A stretch of 64,000 nt of DNA, from IMG/VR virus record IMGVR_UViG_3300029258_002750, positions 186,001 to 250,000 of that record; one strand, given 5' to 3'. A program made the translations under genes and the position numbers. Shown piece after piece: positions 63,842 to 64,000 of the stretch. Below the pieces are notes generated by a model, which was given only the letters and a program-made list of their open reading frames with translations, ran no database searches and was not told the DNA's origin. Numbering within the stretch: the stretch's first letter is position 1; each line of letters starts with the position of its first letter.

Positions 63842-64000
63842 ATGTCGTCCCTGAAGCTGCTCAGGCGGTACGGGACGAGGGCGTTCGGCCAAGCAGTGGC
63901 GGCTCCGTTCGTCCTCGAGACCGTGTCCGGCATCAACGCGCTGTCGGAGACCGAGACATCCCTCTATACAGTGCCCACCGGCGAGGAAGTGGTCGTCATC
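63842..64000 (+). CDS. Hypothetical protein (partial, runs off window)
   Basis: GGGAGG RBS, ATG 63842, open to the window end. Confidence 0.6.
   Translation, partial: MSSLKLLRRYGTRAFGQAVAAPFVLETVSGINALSETETSLYTVPTGEEVVVI

Noticed and set aside
1-64000. Stop-codon reassignment
   Set aside because: TAG, TGA and TAA all end genes cleanly, with coupled downstream starts and full-length conserved proteins.
1-64000. CRISPR array, tRNA, rRNA or large ncRNA
   Set aside because: No regularly spaced repeats or cloverleafs seen. Intergenic gaps are under about 120 nt.

Overview
A 64 kb slice of a large, high-GC (about 65-68% by eye) tailed phage genome. It covers almost the whole virion morphogenesis region and is nearly all on the + strand. 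The head module is T4-like: gp20-like portal, core proteins, gp21-like prohead protease carrying a LAGLIDADG intein and fused to a scaffold, gp23-like major capsid protein. A 5 kb accessory insertion follows (double HNH, CoiA-like nuclease, topoisomerase-type Zn finger, leftward hypotheticals). Next come neck and tail-completion genes and a contractile tail that resembles eCIS loci: sheath, two gp19-like tubes, chaperone, tape measure, LysM-like, hub, gp5/VgrG spike, gp25, baseplate J. The last 25 kb are mostly fibre and decoration genes. No tRNA, rRNA, CRISPR array, integrase or reverse transcriptase was seen. The standard genetic code fits. Most unusual observations: (1) a 1.4 kb nuclease cassette inserted in the 5' end of the tail chaperone gene, which supplies an almost fully synonymously recoded copy of the first 18 codons; (2) two free-standing, catalytically degenerate intein (Hint) genes directly before the portal; (3) a 65-aa stand-alone copy of the portal crown helices inside the baseplate operon; (4) a shared T4-like capsid-targeting N-terminus on three genes, including a Zeta-like kinase; (5) three tandem collagen-stalk fibre paralogues; (6) a low-GC recoded duplication spanning a gene junction. 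All product calls come from motif recognition by eye; no database search was run.
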